NCBI GenBank assembly: GCA_042219045.1
Contig: JBDGQO010000056.1
Coordinates: forward strand, 1 to 16,301
Source of the DNA: Candidatus Bipolaricaulia bacterium
GTDB lineage: Bacteria > Bipolaricaulota > Bipolaricaulia > RBG-16-55-9
Reading direction: 5' to 3'
DNA length: 16,301 nucleotides
This document shows, one piece after another, positions 15,574 to 16,301 of the stretch. The notes under the pieces are model-generated. The model saw only the letters and a list, made by a program, of their open reading frames with translations. It made no database searches and had not been told where the DNA came from. The stretch's first letter is position 1, and every line of letters begins with the position of its first letter. Both the position numbers and the translations under genes were made by a program.

Positions 15574-16301
15574 ATGCACCAGTACGATTACGCTCAGGTT
15601 CCGGACGTCGGCGAACGGATCACGTCCTCCAACGGCCAACTGAACGTCCCCGATCACCCGGTGGTGCCCTTCATCCAGGGCGACGGCATCGGCGTTGACA
15701 TCTGGCCCGCTGCTCAACGCGTCATCGACGCGGCCGTCGAGAGCGCCTACGGGGGCGGGCGCCAAATCGAGTGGATGGAGCTCTTCGCCGGTGAAAAGGG
15801 CCGAGAGGCCGCGGGCGAGGTCCTGCCGACCGAGACCTTCGACGCCATCCGGGACTTCAAAGTGGCCATCAAGGGCCCGCTGACAACACCCGTGGGCTCG
15901 GGGTATCGCAGCCTCAACGTGACGCTGCGCAAGGTGCTCGACCTCTACGCCTGCATTCGCCCCGTCCGCTACATTCCCGGCATGCCAAGCCCGCTCAAGG
16001 AGCCCGAAAAGGTCGACATGGTCGTCTTTCGCGAGAACACCGAGGACGTCTACTCGGGGATCGAGTGGGAGCAGGGCTCGGCCGAGGCCAAGCAAGTGCT
16101 CGAGTATCTCCACGACGAGTTCGGCATCGACGTTCGCGCCGACTCGGGCCTCGGCGTCAAGCCGATCAGCGTCCACGGCTCGCAGCGGCTCGTGCGCAAG
16201 GCGATCCAGTACGCGCTCAACCGCGGTCGCGAGAGCGTGACCCTCGTCCACAAGGGCAACATCATGAAGTTCACCGAGGGCGCGTTCATGCAGTGGGGCT
16301 A
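15574..16301 (+). CDS. icd: Isocitrate dehydrogenase, E. coli-type dimeric family (5' part, runs off the window)
   Basis: Hand translation from ATG 15574: [10 protein letters not shown]...[14 protein letters not shown]...[21 protein letters not shown]...[14 protein letters not shown]...[17 protein letters not shown]. No stop before the window end, so it is absent from the ORF track. Coenzyme-specificity residues lie outside the window. Confidence 0.97.
   Translation, partial: MHQYDYAQVPDVGERITSSNGQLNVPDHPVVPFIQGDGIGVDIWPAAQRVIDAAVESAYGGGRQIEWMELFAGEKGREAAGEVLPTETFDAIRDFKVAIKGPLTTPVGSGYRSLNVTLRKVLDLYACIRPVRYIPGMPSPLKEPEKVDMVVFRENTEDVYSGIEWEQGSAEAKQVLEYLHDEFGIDVRADSGLGVKPISVHGSQRLVRKAIQYALNRGRESVTLVHKGNIMKFTEGAFMQWG

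Noticed and set aside
14150..15643. 497-aa plus-strand ORF
   Set aside because: Antisense to the well-supported HD gene and overlaps the icd start in another frame.
15442..16251. 269-aa minus-strand ORF
   Set aside because: Antisense shadow of icd.
1..16301. CRISPR arrays, tRNA/rRNA, IS elements, integrases; halophile-type acidic proteome
   Set aside because: No repeat-spacer pattern, RNA gene signature or transposase motif seen, and intergenic gaps are all under 200 nt. Acidity is concentrated in linkers and the lipoyl domain and cannot be generalised without computing composition.

Overview
GC-rich bacterial chromosomal window, densely coding, with 16 supported CDS (2 truncated at the window edges). 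I found no rRNA, tRNA, CRISPR array or mobile element. Left to right: partial membrane protein (+); AI-2E/PerM transporter (-); a tightly coupled three-gene cassette (+) made of a highly divergent ECF-sigma-like protein, a ZAS zinc-finger anti-sigma with a 2TM-like hairpin and a secreted metzincin protease; histidine phosphatase (+); chorismate mutase (-); secreted VWA-PKD multidomain protein (-); lipB and a 2-oxoacid dehydrogenase E2 subunit (-); phnD-phnC-fused double phnE ABC transporter (-); HD-domain phosphohydrolase and HAD hydrolase (-); and the 5' part of isocitrate dehydrogenase (+), which the ORF track misses. The best candidate for an undescribed system is the sigma-like/anti-sigma/metalloprotease cassette at 1491-4378. 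All family calls come from motif recognition by eye; no database search was run.
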